This document shows, piece after piece, positions 1-15,240 of a DNA stretch of 64,000 nucleotides; position 1 is the stretch's first letter, and each line of letters begins with the position of its first letter. The position numbers were made by a program, and so were the translations under genes. The DNA comes from the human T2T-CHM13v2.0 reference genome, Homo sapiens. The notes beneath the pieces are model-generated. The model had not been told where the DNA came from, did no database searches, and saw only the letters and a program-made list of their open reading frames with translations. The stretch lies in the NCBI RefSeq assembly GCF_009914755.1, contig NC_060926.1; one strand, written 5' to 3'.

Positions 1-159
1 ACTCAGCTTGATTCTTCTTTGAGCTTGTCTTTTTTTTTGTGGGGGGTCATTTGAAAAATCAATTTAATATGTTGTTCACTGTTCAAAGCATTTTGGGATC
101 TAACTCCAGAGAGGATATTTTGAATGGCAAATGCCAGTCCATTGAGATTAGACTGAACT

Positions 160-805
160 TTTTTTTAAATTTTAGTTTCAGAGATGCATATGCAGGTTTG
201 TTCTGTAAATACACTGCATGTTGGGGTTTGGTATACAGACTATTGCATCACCCAGGTAATAAGAACAGTACCCAATAGATAGTTTTTTGATCCTCACCCT
301 CCTCCCACCCTCTCCCTCAAAGCAGGCCCTGTTGTCTATTTTTCCTTCTTTGTGTTCATGGGTACCCAGTGTTTAGCTCCCACTTATAAGTGAGAACATG
401 CAGTGTTTTTTTTTTCCTATTTCTGCATTAGTTTGCTTAAGATAATGGCCTCCAGCTCCATCCATGTTGCTGCAAAGGACATTATCTTGTTCTTTTTATG
501 GCTACATAGTATTCCTTGGTGTATAATACTACATTTTCTTCATCCAATCTACTATTGATGGGCATTTAGGTTGATTCTGTTTTTGCTATTGTGAATAGTG
601 CTGCAATAAATATACACATGCATGTGTCTTTATGGTAGAATGATTTATATTCCTTTGGGTATATATCCAATAATGGAATTGCTGGGTCAAATGGTAGTTC
701 TGTTTTAAGTTCTTTGAGAAATCTTCAAACCACTTTCTACACCGGCTGAACTAATTTACATTCTTGCTAGCAGTATATAAGTGTTCCCCTTTCTCCACAG
801 CCCTT
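160..805 (-). mobile_element. L1PA (about L1PA13-16) 3' end fragment, 5'-truncated
   Basis: T-run start followed by antisense L1 3'UTR/ORF2-end motifs (gtttagctcccacttataagtgagaacatg; gctattgtgaatagtgctgcaataaa; ttgctgggtcaaatggtagttctg). Subfamily from recall. Confidence 0.85.
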
Positions 806-954
806 TTTGAGTTTTTTAATTGAAAATGTCTACAACTCAAAAAGTCAGAAGAAACTGAAAGCAAAAATCCCAGAAACTATATACACAAAAACAGGATCTA
901 AACATATACACAGTCGATAAGAAAGGCAGAGCCTCAGAAAGTTCTTGATAAAAA

Positions 955-1105
955 AAGTACACCTGTAAAACCATTGCCACAATCAAGATAGAAAGTATTT
1001 CTATTTTTATCCATTATAGTCCATTTTTCCTTCTGCCTCTGAGCCCGGCAACAGATCCCCTTTTGGTTTCCAATATATTAATTTGCATTTTCTAGAATTT
1101 CATCA
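955..1105 (-). mobile_element. Old L1M (L1ME-like) 3' fragment
   Basis: cacctgtaaaaccattgccacaatcaagatagaa...ttgcattttctagaatttcat resembles the antisense L1ME 3' end; highly diverged. Confidence 0.45.
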
Positions 1106-1543
1106 TACATTTGTCAAAATTTGTCACATTATACATTTTAAATGAATTATTCTTCAATAAAATAGGTCATTCTTTATTAAAATTGATCAAATATAATGAG
1201 ATAGGTTATTTAAAGTTCAAAAAGTTTGAGCCTCTTAAAATCCTGTTCAGAGGCCCCTGATGTCATCTACATCTTTCTATCTCATCTCTCTTTTCCAAGA
1301 GTAAAGAATGCCTTTAAAAAGGCATTGATGAACTCTAGAAAGATGACTTTTCTTGCCTTAGGAGCCAGCAGAGTCCTCAAGGGATACATAGTTATTGTGG
1401 TTATCCTCAAGTTAACTTTTTCCTCCTGTCTACCTCTATGTACTTATTCAATGTAACTATGAGTGACAAGAAAGTGTCTTTAACTTTGACTTGTTCATCA
1501 ACCTGGAAGATCAAACATACACCAAAGTCTTCCCACACTAAAA

Positions 1544-1545
<2 letters not shown>

Positions 1546-1578
<33 letters not shown>
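1546..1578. repeat. (CA)n microsatellite
   Basis: About 16 uninterrupted AC units. Confidence 0.97.
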
Positions 1579-1582
<4 letters not shown>

Positions 1583-4096
1583 CGAGATGAAAGATAACTT
1601 CTCTAATTTAAGAATCCACTTATTAATAATCAAAGGAAAGTACTATTCAAGTCATGGTTAAGAAATTAGGGCTTTCTGGTTCTTGTCATGCTTACAAGTA
1701 GTGTCATGACATCAGAAGTCATTTCCTTGCATTTTTTTTTCTACTGATACAAAAGGTTTTATTGAGCAATTGAAGATAGTACCTCTAGCTAGCCCTATTT
1801 AGAATACAATCATCTCAATTCTTTCATTGAGAAGGTAATTTGCTTTGGAATGATGTACTATAGTACTATCAGACATGGTAGAAGAAAAATTAAGGTCATC
1901 CAAAGCATTTTAGAATTCCAGTAAGCAGCATCTTTAAAGGGTCTGTGGGACTGTAGGTATAATTTGTGCAGGAAATGGTCCTAAATGGTAAGCAAATCCA
2001 TCTCTTAATGTTACAGGAGTGCTAGAATATCTAAAATACTTCAAGATAAATTATTTAACTAAACACAGAGTCATTTTGATCTTTAATTACTTTGGAATTC
2101 TAGGATTTTAGATAATTTTATTAAAATACTCTCTATAAAGATTTATGTTTTCTTTCACCCCCTTTCCTCTCTCTCTCCCTCTTATTTTTAATCTTTGATG
2201 CTATCATATACTTAAGAACATTCACTTGTTGGTCACATTTTTATGAAGAAATGGAAAAAATAGTCTATAAAAATGTGTAAATGTCGGTCATTGAGAGTTG
2301 ATAAATCTCATTTTCTTATGATGAAACACCTTCGATATCTTGACATTTTGTGCTCACATAATTCCTCTGATATCTATCACTAATCTTCTTAGAGTCCTTG
2401 TGTGGAATACTGGTATGTTGAGGAAGCACAAATTGCAAAGTTGCCAAAAGACCAATTTCAATCTAATCAGAACTTGCAGTGCTTCATTGAAGGCTACATA
2501 AACACTCTGTTAATATTCACAGCAGCAGCTTTGTCAATAACTACCTCAGAATCTTCAAATTTATAACAGAAATCAGCAAACTATTGATTCTCTGACATTG
2601 ATAGATCTATCCAGATTCACTGCCTCCTTTCTCTTGCCTCTGTCCCAATAGAGGGCACAAATGCCAGTTGCTCTATTAGGCTCCTAAACACTGAAAGATC
2701 ATTATTAAAGTATGGCTGGCATCCCTGATCATTAATTATAATCGTGTGCACATATGCAGAGTGATTGCGGGAGATAATCAGCTTTCTCTGCCAAATTGGC
2801 AACATCTAGAAATTAATTTGTTATGACACAGCATCAAAGATATTTAAACAACAAACTCAAGGCTCTACTGCTCTGTGTACATTGTTAAGATATCAGATAA
2901 CATCATTAAAAAATAGTTAACTTATCCAGAGGGAGGTGGTATATATCCTTGAACTTCCTTTCTAGTGGGATTCTAAAAAATAATTTCTGTGTGTCCTTGA
3001 TCCCACAATTCATGTACTGGGGACTCCCCTCCAGAGTGCCTGCTACTCAGGGACTATTGACTTAGATTGCCCAGAAGAGCAGCTGTCAGTCTAGAACTAC
3101 TTACATGGGCATTGGAAGGATGATTCTAAGTGTGGTAAGGGCAAAGATTAGACAGGACTGCTATTTATCTGCTGGGATACATTAGAATTCACTTATCTAC
3201 TTGATTCTTCAGGAGTAAAAATAACAAAAGCAGATTCACAACACTGGTGTGCATCACATCAAAGGAGAAGAGGTGGTGGTAAGGTAAGCTTGCTTGTCCC
3301 ATGCCTGATGCCGGGCCATTCACTCCAGTGTAAGAACACTCAACTTGTGAACATTGAGATACATTGTATGTTTCTCTCCATACTCTAACGTTTCACACCA
3401 CACAGCAACACAACTCTTCCACCATGGTTATTCAGGGAACTTCCTAAGTCAGTGTCTCCTCCACCACTTCCTTTTATCCACCTCAGCAGAATCAACCTGA
3501 AGCCATGTGCTTTGTCCTTCAGCCAAGTTCCCTCTTCAATTCCCAAATATCCCTCCAACACACACATTAGTAAAATTTTACTTCATTTCTTTGGCATATG
3601 AAAATACAGGCTAAAAAGGTAGTTTTTATAATAATTTTCTTCTAAGGGCTCTGATTGTCCCTAGAAGACGTTACTATTGATTCCTTTTTGTCAAAAAAAA
3701 AAAAAAAAAGCAGCTAAATGTAAAATAGCACCAATAACACATCTTTCCAAACAAAAATCCTAAGGGTTTGTTGAGGCACCACTTTTCCCCCATTCCTGAT
3801 GCTTTTTTCCATATGGGTATACACCTTGGTTTCCCTATAGACATTTATTCACTCCATCTTCGTTGGGGATGTAATTTGGGAAGAAAAAACAGGACTTACA
3901 TAGCCAGACCCTCCTTTCTTCCTCTTGAGACTGAACTACCCATAAAAACAATTATTCTCCACTTTTCTCCCAAGGCAGCTCTTTGCCTGCCTCCACCAAC
4001 TGAGGGCCTGCCCAAGTCCAGCACTGCTGGTCATGTGTTGGCACTCTGGTTTGAACATATTCCCTCCAAAATGTAGTTGTTTCCAATGTGATAGTA

Positions 4097-6158
<2,062 letters not shown>

Positions 6159-7239
6159 TGTTAAGAGGTGGAGTCTTTAAGAGGTGGTTAAACCATGAGG
6201 GCTCCTCCCTCATAAGTAGTGTTTAAGTCCCTTATAAAAGAAACCACAAAGCATTGGGTTAATTTTCTCTTACTCTTTTGCCATATGAGGAACGAGCATT
6301 TGTCCCTTTTGTCCTTCTGCCATTTGAGGAAGCAACAAGAAGGCCCTTACCAGATGCTGGTGCCTTGATCTTCAACTTCCCAGCCTTCAGAACTGTGAGA
6401 ACTAAACTTCTGCTCTTTATAAATTATAAATTTATGGTATTATGTTACAGTAGTACAAACAGACTAGGACAGTTGGTAAATCTACCTAATTTTTGAGCAT
6501 ATTCAGTAAGCCCATTTGGTTCTGGAACAAAGCCCTCCAACTTAGCATTTGTCAATAGTAAAATTGACATTCTGATTTCTATTGGTAATCCTTTTATATT
6601 ATTTCAATTTTTCAGAAAGCTGGCAAGGAAGTGGGATGCTATTTAATGGACTTCTATAAATGTTGCAACCTTTGCTATGTGGTCCATAAAAAGAAACAAA
6701 AAAGTGGAATTTGAGATGAAAAATTATAATACTAGTGAGGCTAGGGAGTAGGGAGGCCTTGGCTGTCTATGGCTGCCTCCAACTAGATGGCAAATCTACC
6801 TAATACTAAGCTACATCCTCCATCTTGCATTTTATTAGTAAGGAAGTTGATGTTTTGGCCTCCATCTGACACTTTTTTATTCAGTTTTTTCAGAACTTGG
6901 CTGGGAAGAGGATTTCAAAGAGTAGAAGTTAAAATAATTAGCACAGTAATGAAGAAAAATTACTGAAATAAAATGCAAGCAATCAAATAATTTTTGTTTT
7001 CTTCATTTTAAATAGCAAATGGGCACAGAATTGCATGAAACCTAATCTTTGTTTCATGATACTCATCATCTATGCTTGGTTTGTCATTTGTAATATGCTT
7101 AATAATGTACTAAATACCTTGAGAGTTACATCTTTTAGTCTCCTTTGCTGAATTCACTCCTGGTCCCAACCTAAGAACCACTCAGTTATGAATCTATTCA
7201 AGCATTTATATCTGATAAGTTTACTTGAATAGAAGTATA

Positions 7240-7375
7240 TAGGATTATTAACTGAAGCCAGAGAGACAAATGAGGAAACTACTGCAATAATCTAGGCAAG
7301 ACATAATGAGAATTTTAATTTTGTCACTATCATTAGAAATAGGAAAGCAGTCACCAGAATCTAAAGAAACAGAAT
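7240..7375 (-). mobile_element. L2 fragment
   Basis: gaagccagagagacaaatgaggaaactactgcaataatctaggcaagacataatg; minus frame reads ILIMSCLDYCSSFL, resembling the L2 ORF2 'SRLDYCNSLL' motif. Confidence 0.6.
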
Positions 7376-7419
7376 TTGGGATTGGCCTTGCCTGTAAGTA
7401 CAGCCTTAGTTTTCTCAGG

Positions 7420-7746
<327 letters not shown>

Positions 7747-7924
7747 TAGTTTTTTCAGTTTTAAAGTAATGCATTTGAAAAAGAGTCATTTCAAGTGTTC
7801 CTTCCTAGTCAGGAAATCTGTGAAGAATATTCAGTGTGAAATCTTTGAAAGTGAAATGAAGCTACCTGGACTCCTCATAGCATGGGATGGTAGAAAGAAT
7901 TCAAGCTAATCATACTCAGGTTAA

Positions 7925-8420
<496 letters not shown>

Positions 8421-9117
8421 AATTGTAGATTTGTCTTATCTCTGTTCCATTAAATCTAATTTCCTCTAGTTCCAATGTTTTTAATAAAAATCATCATTGT
8501 ATTTTGGTATTTTATTATTTTGTTTTATTAGAAGTGTTAGAGTACATTTATTTTTCCAAATTTTATTGTAAAATAAGATTTGGAAATTATGCTATGAATT
8601 AAATAGGATTGTATAGGCTGGCCTGGGAGACAAACTGACATTTTCAATATTGCATATATGTGAAAACTTGTTTAAGACTGCAAATGATTGACATCCAAAT
8701 AAAGTATCAGATAGGACCACTTCCTTATTTGAGAATTTGCTATAAATTGATGGATGGTATTAAAGGTTTATAAACATATCTTAATAATGGGAAGTGCTGC
8801 ATGAGACAATTTTTATGAAATAGGGCTGAAATTTTGCTTACTTGGACTTATAAAAATGATGAGAAAATGGAGAAAGGACAAGGAGTGAAGGGAAGATGAA
8901 TAGAGAGGGAGAATAAAGAAAGAAGAAACTCATTGGTTTCCCAAACAGTCACTGCAGAGAACCTAATGGAAGTATGAATTATTCCAAAACCTCTCCAAAC
9001 TTTTCATCTACATCTTAATTTATATCTTATTTTTTATAAAAAATTACATTTAATTTTAGCAATTCAATTGTGACTGGCACTGTCTATGGTATTTGACAGT
9101 CAATAAGAAACGCTTTT

Positions 9118-9750
9118 TGCTTGAGAGGATGTGGAGAAATAGGAATGCTTTTACACTGTTGGTGGGAGTGTAAATTAGTTCAACCATTGTGGAAGGCAGT
9201 GTGGCAATACCTCAAAGATCTAAAACCAGAAATACCATTTGACCCAGCAATCCCATTACTGGGTATATACCCAAAGGATTATAAATCATTCTACTATAAA
9301 GACACATGCACACATATATTTATTACAGCACTATTCACAATAGCAAAGACTTGAAACCAACCCAAATGCGCATCAATGATAGACTGGATAAAGAAAATGT
9401 GGGACATATACACCATGGAATACTATGCAGCCATAAAAAAGAATGAGTTCATGTCCTTTGCAGGGACATGGATGAAGCTGGAAACCATCATTCTCAGCAA
9501 ACTAAAACAAGAACAGAAAACCAACCTCCACGTGTTCTTACTCATTAGTGGGAGTTGAACAATGAGAACATATGGGCACAGGGAGGGGAACAACACACAC
9601 TGGGGCCTGTTGGGAAGTGGCAAGCAAGGGGAGGGATAGCATTAGGAGAAATACCTAATGTAGACGATGGGATAATGGGTGCAGCAAACCACCATGGCAC
9701 ATGTATACCTATGTAACAAGGTTCTGCACGTGTATCCCAGAACATTAAAA

Positions 9751-9755
<5 letters not shown>
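9118..9755 (+). mobile_element. L1PA (about L1PA6-8) 3' end, 5'-truncated
   Basis: ORF2 C-terminal peptide (GCGEIGMLLHCWWECKLVQPLWK...WIKKMWDIYTMEYYAAIKKNEFMSFAGTWMKLETIILSKL) followed by the L1 3'UTR. Confidence 0.95.

Positions 9756-9799
<44 letters not shown>
9756..9799. repeat. (TA)n microsatellite at the L1 tail
   Basis: About 22 TA units. Confidence 0.97.
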
Positions 9800-9802
<3 letters not shown>

Positions 9803-10509
9803 TTTGATTTTGCAATTGAATTTCTTTCATTAAAAGCTACTGAACAATAATTATATATCCTTAGGGGAATCAATGAAAATAATCTCTAGGTGAAATGTTA
9901 ATGTATTATAAAATTATTTACCTTCTGGTTCAATGTTGACATGGATAACGGCTTCCACTAACTTTTCCTTGAACCTGTAAAAACAAAATAAGTATTACCT
10001 TCTTTTAACAAAAGCTTATTTTTAGTTAGCTTTGTTATTGAACTATTTTATTCTTTTCTTCAGTGTACTATCAGAATTTTATTTCAAAAGCCAAGGAATA
10101 AATTGAATGCTTGGAGAAAATGTTATTATCAATTTACTTTCCTGTCATCATTTTAAACTGACATGTTTTACATGACTCTTTTGGGCAGTGGTTGATTTTT
10201 TATTTTAACTAGGGTTGCATATGGTTGGGGAATTCCCATCTCACCTTGCAACATACACAATAAATATATCTGATTCATTTCTATGTAATTAAAAAAAGTA
10301 AACATGAAGTCATTACTTCAGCCTACAGACTAGGCAAATTTCAAAATTGAGCAGTAGGAGTCTTATTACAAACATTTATAGGTTTGAAGAAAGAAAACCA
10401 GAATCAGAAGATAACCACAGAGTATCTTCCGAGTACTAAAAAAAACTTATGCCAAGATAATAATTGCAGTATTATATTATTGAATATTAAAATAACTGGA
10501 TAATAATCT

Positions 10510-12480
10510 GTATACATATTTAGTTTAAGCAGATATTGGCAAACAGTTTTTCAAAATTGCTATACCAATTTATCCTCCCACAACAATCATGAGAGTACCA
10601 GTTGCTCTATACATTCACCAAATCTTTGGATTTTCAGGGATTTTAAAAAAATCTTATACACTCTAGTGTGAGTCTAGTCACATTATATTTTTGTTTCAAT
10701 TTACATTTCTTAACTAATTATGCCAAGCAACTTTTTATACCTTTGCTGGCCATTTAGAAGTTCCTACCACTTTCTTTTGGGCTATCTTTCTTTTTCCTTA
10801 TTACTCATAGGATTTACATATTCTGGACTTACGCAAGTATATTTGGTCAGATACAAGTATGGCAAATATTTTCTACCTTCAGTGCATTGTTTTTCTATTC
10901 ATTCAAGGATTTTTTAAATGAAAGGTTCTTCATTTTTATTAAATCTAACTTCTCAACTTCCTTTTTTTAAGTAAATAGTACTTTCTATGTCCTGTTTAGG
11001 AAATATTGGCTGACCCAAAGGTCATGAAGATATTTTTCCGTGTTTACTTTTAGAAATTATATTATTTAACTCCTTATCTTTATTTGTATGACCCTTCTCA
11101 ACTTAATTTTGTGTGTAGTGTGAAATAAATATTGAGGTTCGTTTCTGATATGAGTTTCCATTGTATCCAGCACCATTATATGAAGTATAACTTAAGATCT
11201 TCAGGCACAGTTCCATGACTTTTGACAAACTATATCCCCATGTAACCAAATGCAATCAAAATATAGAAAAGCTGTTCCATCACCAGAAAGTTCCCTCCTG
11301 CTCCTCTCTAGTCAAAGGGCCTGCCCTCAACAAATGTAATGACAGTCTAACATTTGTAATCATAGATGAGTTTTGCTTGTTCTTAAAGTTGTTATAAACA
11401 CAGTCATATGGTATGCATTATTCTTTATTTTTCTTGGTTACATATCTAGGAATAGAATTGTAACCTTGTATTGTTTATTTTAAAATCATTTTTTCCTCAT
11501 TAAATTGCGGTGGCAACTTGGTTGTAAAACAGATGTGTATATTTGTCAATCTATTGATGACCTTTTTATTCTATTCCATTGGTTTATTTTTCTACTCTTA
11601 TTTAAATACCACATGGTAGTAATTAGTGTAGCTCCATACAAAGTCTTAATACATACTAGTGTGACTCCCATGGCTTTTTCTTCTTCAGTATTGCCTTGAC
11701 TATTATAGTCTTTGCATTTCCTCATAAATTGTACAATTTTCCTGTCAATTTCCACAAAAATCCTACTGGGAGTTTGATTGCATTTGCACTATCTTGCTCA
11801 AATAAAAGAACTGCAATATTGAGTCTCTAATTCTAGAACATTATATAGCTATTTATTTCTCTCAGCAATGTTTTGTGGTTTTCAATGTAAAGAACTTGCA
11901 CAGCTTTCATTATACTGATTCATTAAGAGTTTAATGCTTTTCAGTGCTATTGTAAATGATATTTTAAAATTTCATTACGTGTTTGCTAGTCTATAAAAAT
12001 TTGCACACTTTTGTTTATTGACTTTGATTCTAGCGAAATTACTAAAATTCACTTAACTTCAATAGTTTGTATATCATTTGATTTTATATGTACAGAATTG
12101 TGTTAGTTGAAATTAATGACAACTTTATGTCATTTTCTCATAACTTTTCTCTTGTTTTGCCTTATTGCAATGGCTGAAATGCTCAGTTAAGTGTTGAATA
12201 GAAATTGCAATATTGGACATCCTTGCCCTGCTCTGAAACTCATGGAGAAGATGTTGAATATTTTACTCTTAAGTATGATGTTAAAATGGCAGCTTTAAAA
12301 AAATTGACAGTTTTCACCAGATAAAAGATTTCCCTCTAGTTTGTTGACATTTTTAAAAATAAGAATGGGTATTGGGTTTCATCAAGTGCATTTTATGCAT
12401 ATATTGAGATAATTGTATATTTTATCCTTTATTCTGTTAATCTGGTGAATTATGTAGATTGATTGTAGAATGCTAAATAA
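10510..12480 (-). mobile_element. Cluster of old L1M (L1ME/MD-like) ORF2 and 3' fragments
   Basis: Antisense L1 motifs (ggcaaacagtttttcaaaattgctataccaatttatcctcccacaac; ggacatccttgccctgctctgaaactcatggagaag); minus ORF 11546-11755 reads like L1 ORF2 (TMWYLNKSRKINQWNRI). A 3'-end piece at about 11180-11460 interrupts it. Confidence 0.75.
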
Positions 12481-13059
12481 ATTTTAAAGTGATTTCAATT
12501 GCAGGAAATTTCTCCATAGCCACTAATATTTGAACTAAACTCTTTAGCAAAATACACTTTCAGTATGATTAGAAGTGCTTATTTTATCATGTTAATTTTT
12601 AAATTTTATATATATAATAGATTCATGTAATAGATACTTTGTTATCTCATGTACCTCAGTTTTGTCTATCAGGACACATACATAACACGTGGGCTATTTC
12701 TTTTACTTTGTCTTTCTTGACTAAAAACTGGTCAGGAGGAATGACCTGGAATAGTCTTCAGTAGGAAGTGGGAGCAGGGAACAGAGGTGCCTGGTTCTTG
12801 GTGGCATAGAGGAGTTGCCTGTCTAGTCCTCATATGCTTATCCTTAAAATTTGTGTTCTTCATGATAAATCTCCTTTACAGATGAGTTTCTATTACATAA
12901 AGCCATAATTCTGGTTAGAAGAGATCATATGTACATAAAAAATTCAAACTGGGCATAAAAAATGTGACATAAATTACATTTTAAAAAATTAACAAGGAGC
13001 AATCCCTGGTTTGCATAAGTATGGTTGATAATTTTTCATCTGAATGTTTAGAATTCAGA

Positions 13060-13501
13060 AATTAATGCCTCATCTGTCTCTTGGCCCAGCCATTTCACAC
13101 ATGCATATCCTGACCATGCTTTATCACAGACTGTTGTCATAAACTTTTCATTTTCTCCCCTGGGAACCAGGAATAAACTGTTACACTCTTGAGGTGAACC
13201 TTTGACCAATAAGAGAAGGAAGCAGGTTCACAAATGATTCATTATTTTCCTCTGATGAATTGTCTTGAGATACAGCTTCCGTGGATTCTTGGGAATATTG
13301 CTGTGGGATCTAGCTCTCAGTTGTACTTGGGGGTAGCTAACTAAATAATGCATTATCATTTTAACTCTCCCTCCTCTCTTGTTCACTTCTTTGTCCCTTA
13401 CTTCTCTTCCTGGGATCACCTCCCACCCACACCCCATTAGATTAGCACCAGTTAAGCCCTCTGCTTCAGACTCTACTTTCTGGGAAACCAAAGCTAAGAC
13501 A
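13060..13501 (+). mobile_element. LTR16-family (ERVL) solo LTR
   Basis: Ends tgggatcacctccc...cagactctactttctgggaaaccaaagctaagaca, the LTR16A/B-type 3' terminus; 5' boundary approximate. Confidence 0.7.
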
Positions 13502-14449
13502 ATAAATTCCTGTATTCTGTGTTTGTAATCATTCACAGATATCACTACATCATGCAATTATCAAGAAAATCTACTTCTGCCAATAATTTTCAAAAACATC
13601 GTTATTACACAATTATTTTAAATTTCAACCATCTCTTCCCACCCCTTAAATCAGTCATGTTTATCCAGGAAAAAATATCTCCTAATACCTTCTAAATCAG
13701 AAAATAAAAAATTTAAGACTATGTAATCCCTTTACATTCCTTCAGGAACTATTTAGGTTGTATCTACATTTCAAAAGCCAAGATACACCAGAAAAGCTTG
13801 GGCACCATCAAGCCTAGAAGCCTAAATTGATGAAACAACTTATCTGGTTAACTTGTAAGTTTAGATGTTTATCTTCCATTTCTTAATTTATAAATTTCAT
13901 ATCAAATTTATGTGACAGTTTAAAACTGTTTAATACTCATGACATCTAATGAATATAAAAATTATCTTTTAAATAAAAATATGGTATATTTTGAGTTCTT
14001 CCAATTAAAATCAGAATATGAATAAAAATTTCTGTTAACAAAGCAGTATATTTCAAAAGCCCTTTTTAAGAGAGAAGTCACATTGATACTTATTTCTAAA
14101 CCTGAAAAAATGTGAAAAAAAATGCTTTAGAATTGTGCTTCTTCATATTGATTTGAAGGAGTGACCCTCAGTTACATGAGAGATTCTCAGATGGGCGATA
14201 ACCAAAACATTAAATGATAGCAGGAGTTTCAGTAAAGGCCAGGCTCAAGTATCTAAGAGTCTTGATAGAAATTACTATTCTGCCTCAAATTTATTTCTCA
14301 ATTCTTCATGAAGCCTTTATCAAATCTGAATGTAATTTATGCATTTTTAACTAAAAGCATTATGTTACCAAAATTAAAAGCCAAGTGGAAGGAACAATGC
14401 TTTAAATTGTGTCATTTAGAAAGTATCACCACAAAAGCAACAAGCATAT

Positions 14450-14650
14450 CTGATATTTATTAAATGCTTTTTACATGTCAAGATTGAATATTTCATATGA
14501 TTTAATTTTCTGTCAGCACAATCTTCAGAGACAGTTGTAATTATTATCCCCATTTTATAGATGAAGAAAATAAAGCCAAGAACATTGGGGTAAATTGCCC
14601 AGAAATGAATGGAATTGAAATTTGGACTCAAGATGTCTGACTTCATGCTA
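14450..14650 (-). mobile_element. MIR
   Basis: attattatccccattttatagatgaagaaaataaagcc...taaattgcccag...atttggactcaagatgtctgacttca. Confidence 0.8.
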
Positions 14651-14899
14651 ATAATGAATAAGTTTTTAAAAAATACTTTGTTGACTGAATTCTTTCTTTA
14701 CCACTAAAGCAGCTATAACATGCTTCAGTAGTTTCCTGACAAGTTAAAGATATAATCTCATGTGGTGTATGTGAATGACAGTTTAACAAACAGAGAATCA
14801 GCGTATCTTCCAGGTGATAAACCCAACACCTGGGCAACGGAAATTTTCTGTTAGAGAGATTTGAAAACACCAAAGAATTCTAAGACAAGCACATCATCT

Positions 14900-15240
14900 T
14901 GTTTTACAAGCAGTCACACAGGAAGTCCATAGGCTTGTTCCACAAATGTTTCGATTACTCAAAATGTTTTTGGAAACTTCTTTGGGAACTGCCTTTAGGA
15001 CTAGTGTCTAAGCTGCAAAATAAAATCATCAACATTCTTTTTTCTTTCCTCGTGAATCAGAAGAACATCACAAAGCTTCAGCAAGTTCAATTCTGCTCTC
15101 AAGAATCAAATTCTACCCTTAAGACTCAATTTTTACCACCACTTAAGATCATTTAAAAACATATATGCCAGGTTCTGGATGAAATTCCCAAAACATTCTA
15201 AAGAAAATCAGTTAAGTACTGAAATGAAAGAAAAACTATT
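14900..15240. mobile_element. Ancient mariner-derived element (MARNA-like)
   Basis: gattactcaaaatgtttttggaaacttctttgggaactgcctttagg resembles the MARNA consensus as recalled; highly diverged, boundaries approximate. Confidence 0.4.

Noticed and set aside
3385-4076. 60- and 102-aa ORFs near 3.4-4.1 kb
   Set aside because: Non-ATG starts or run into the LTR; no homology recognised.
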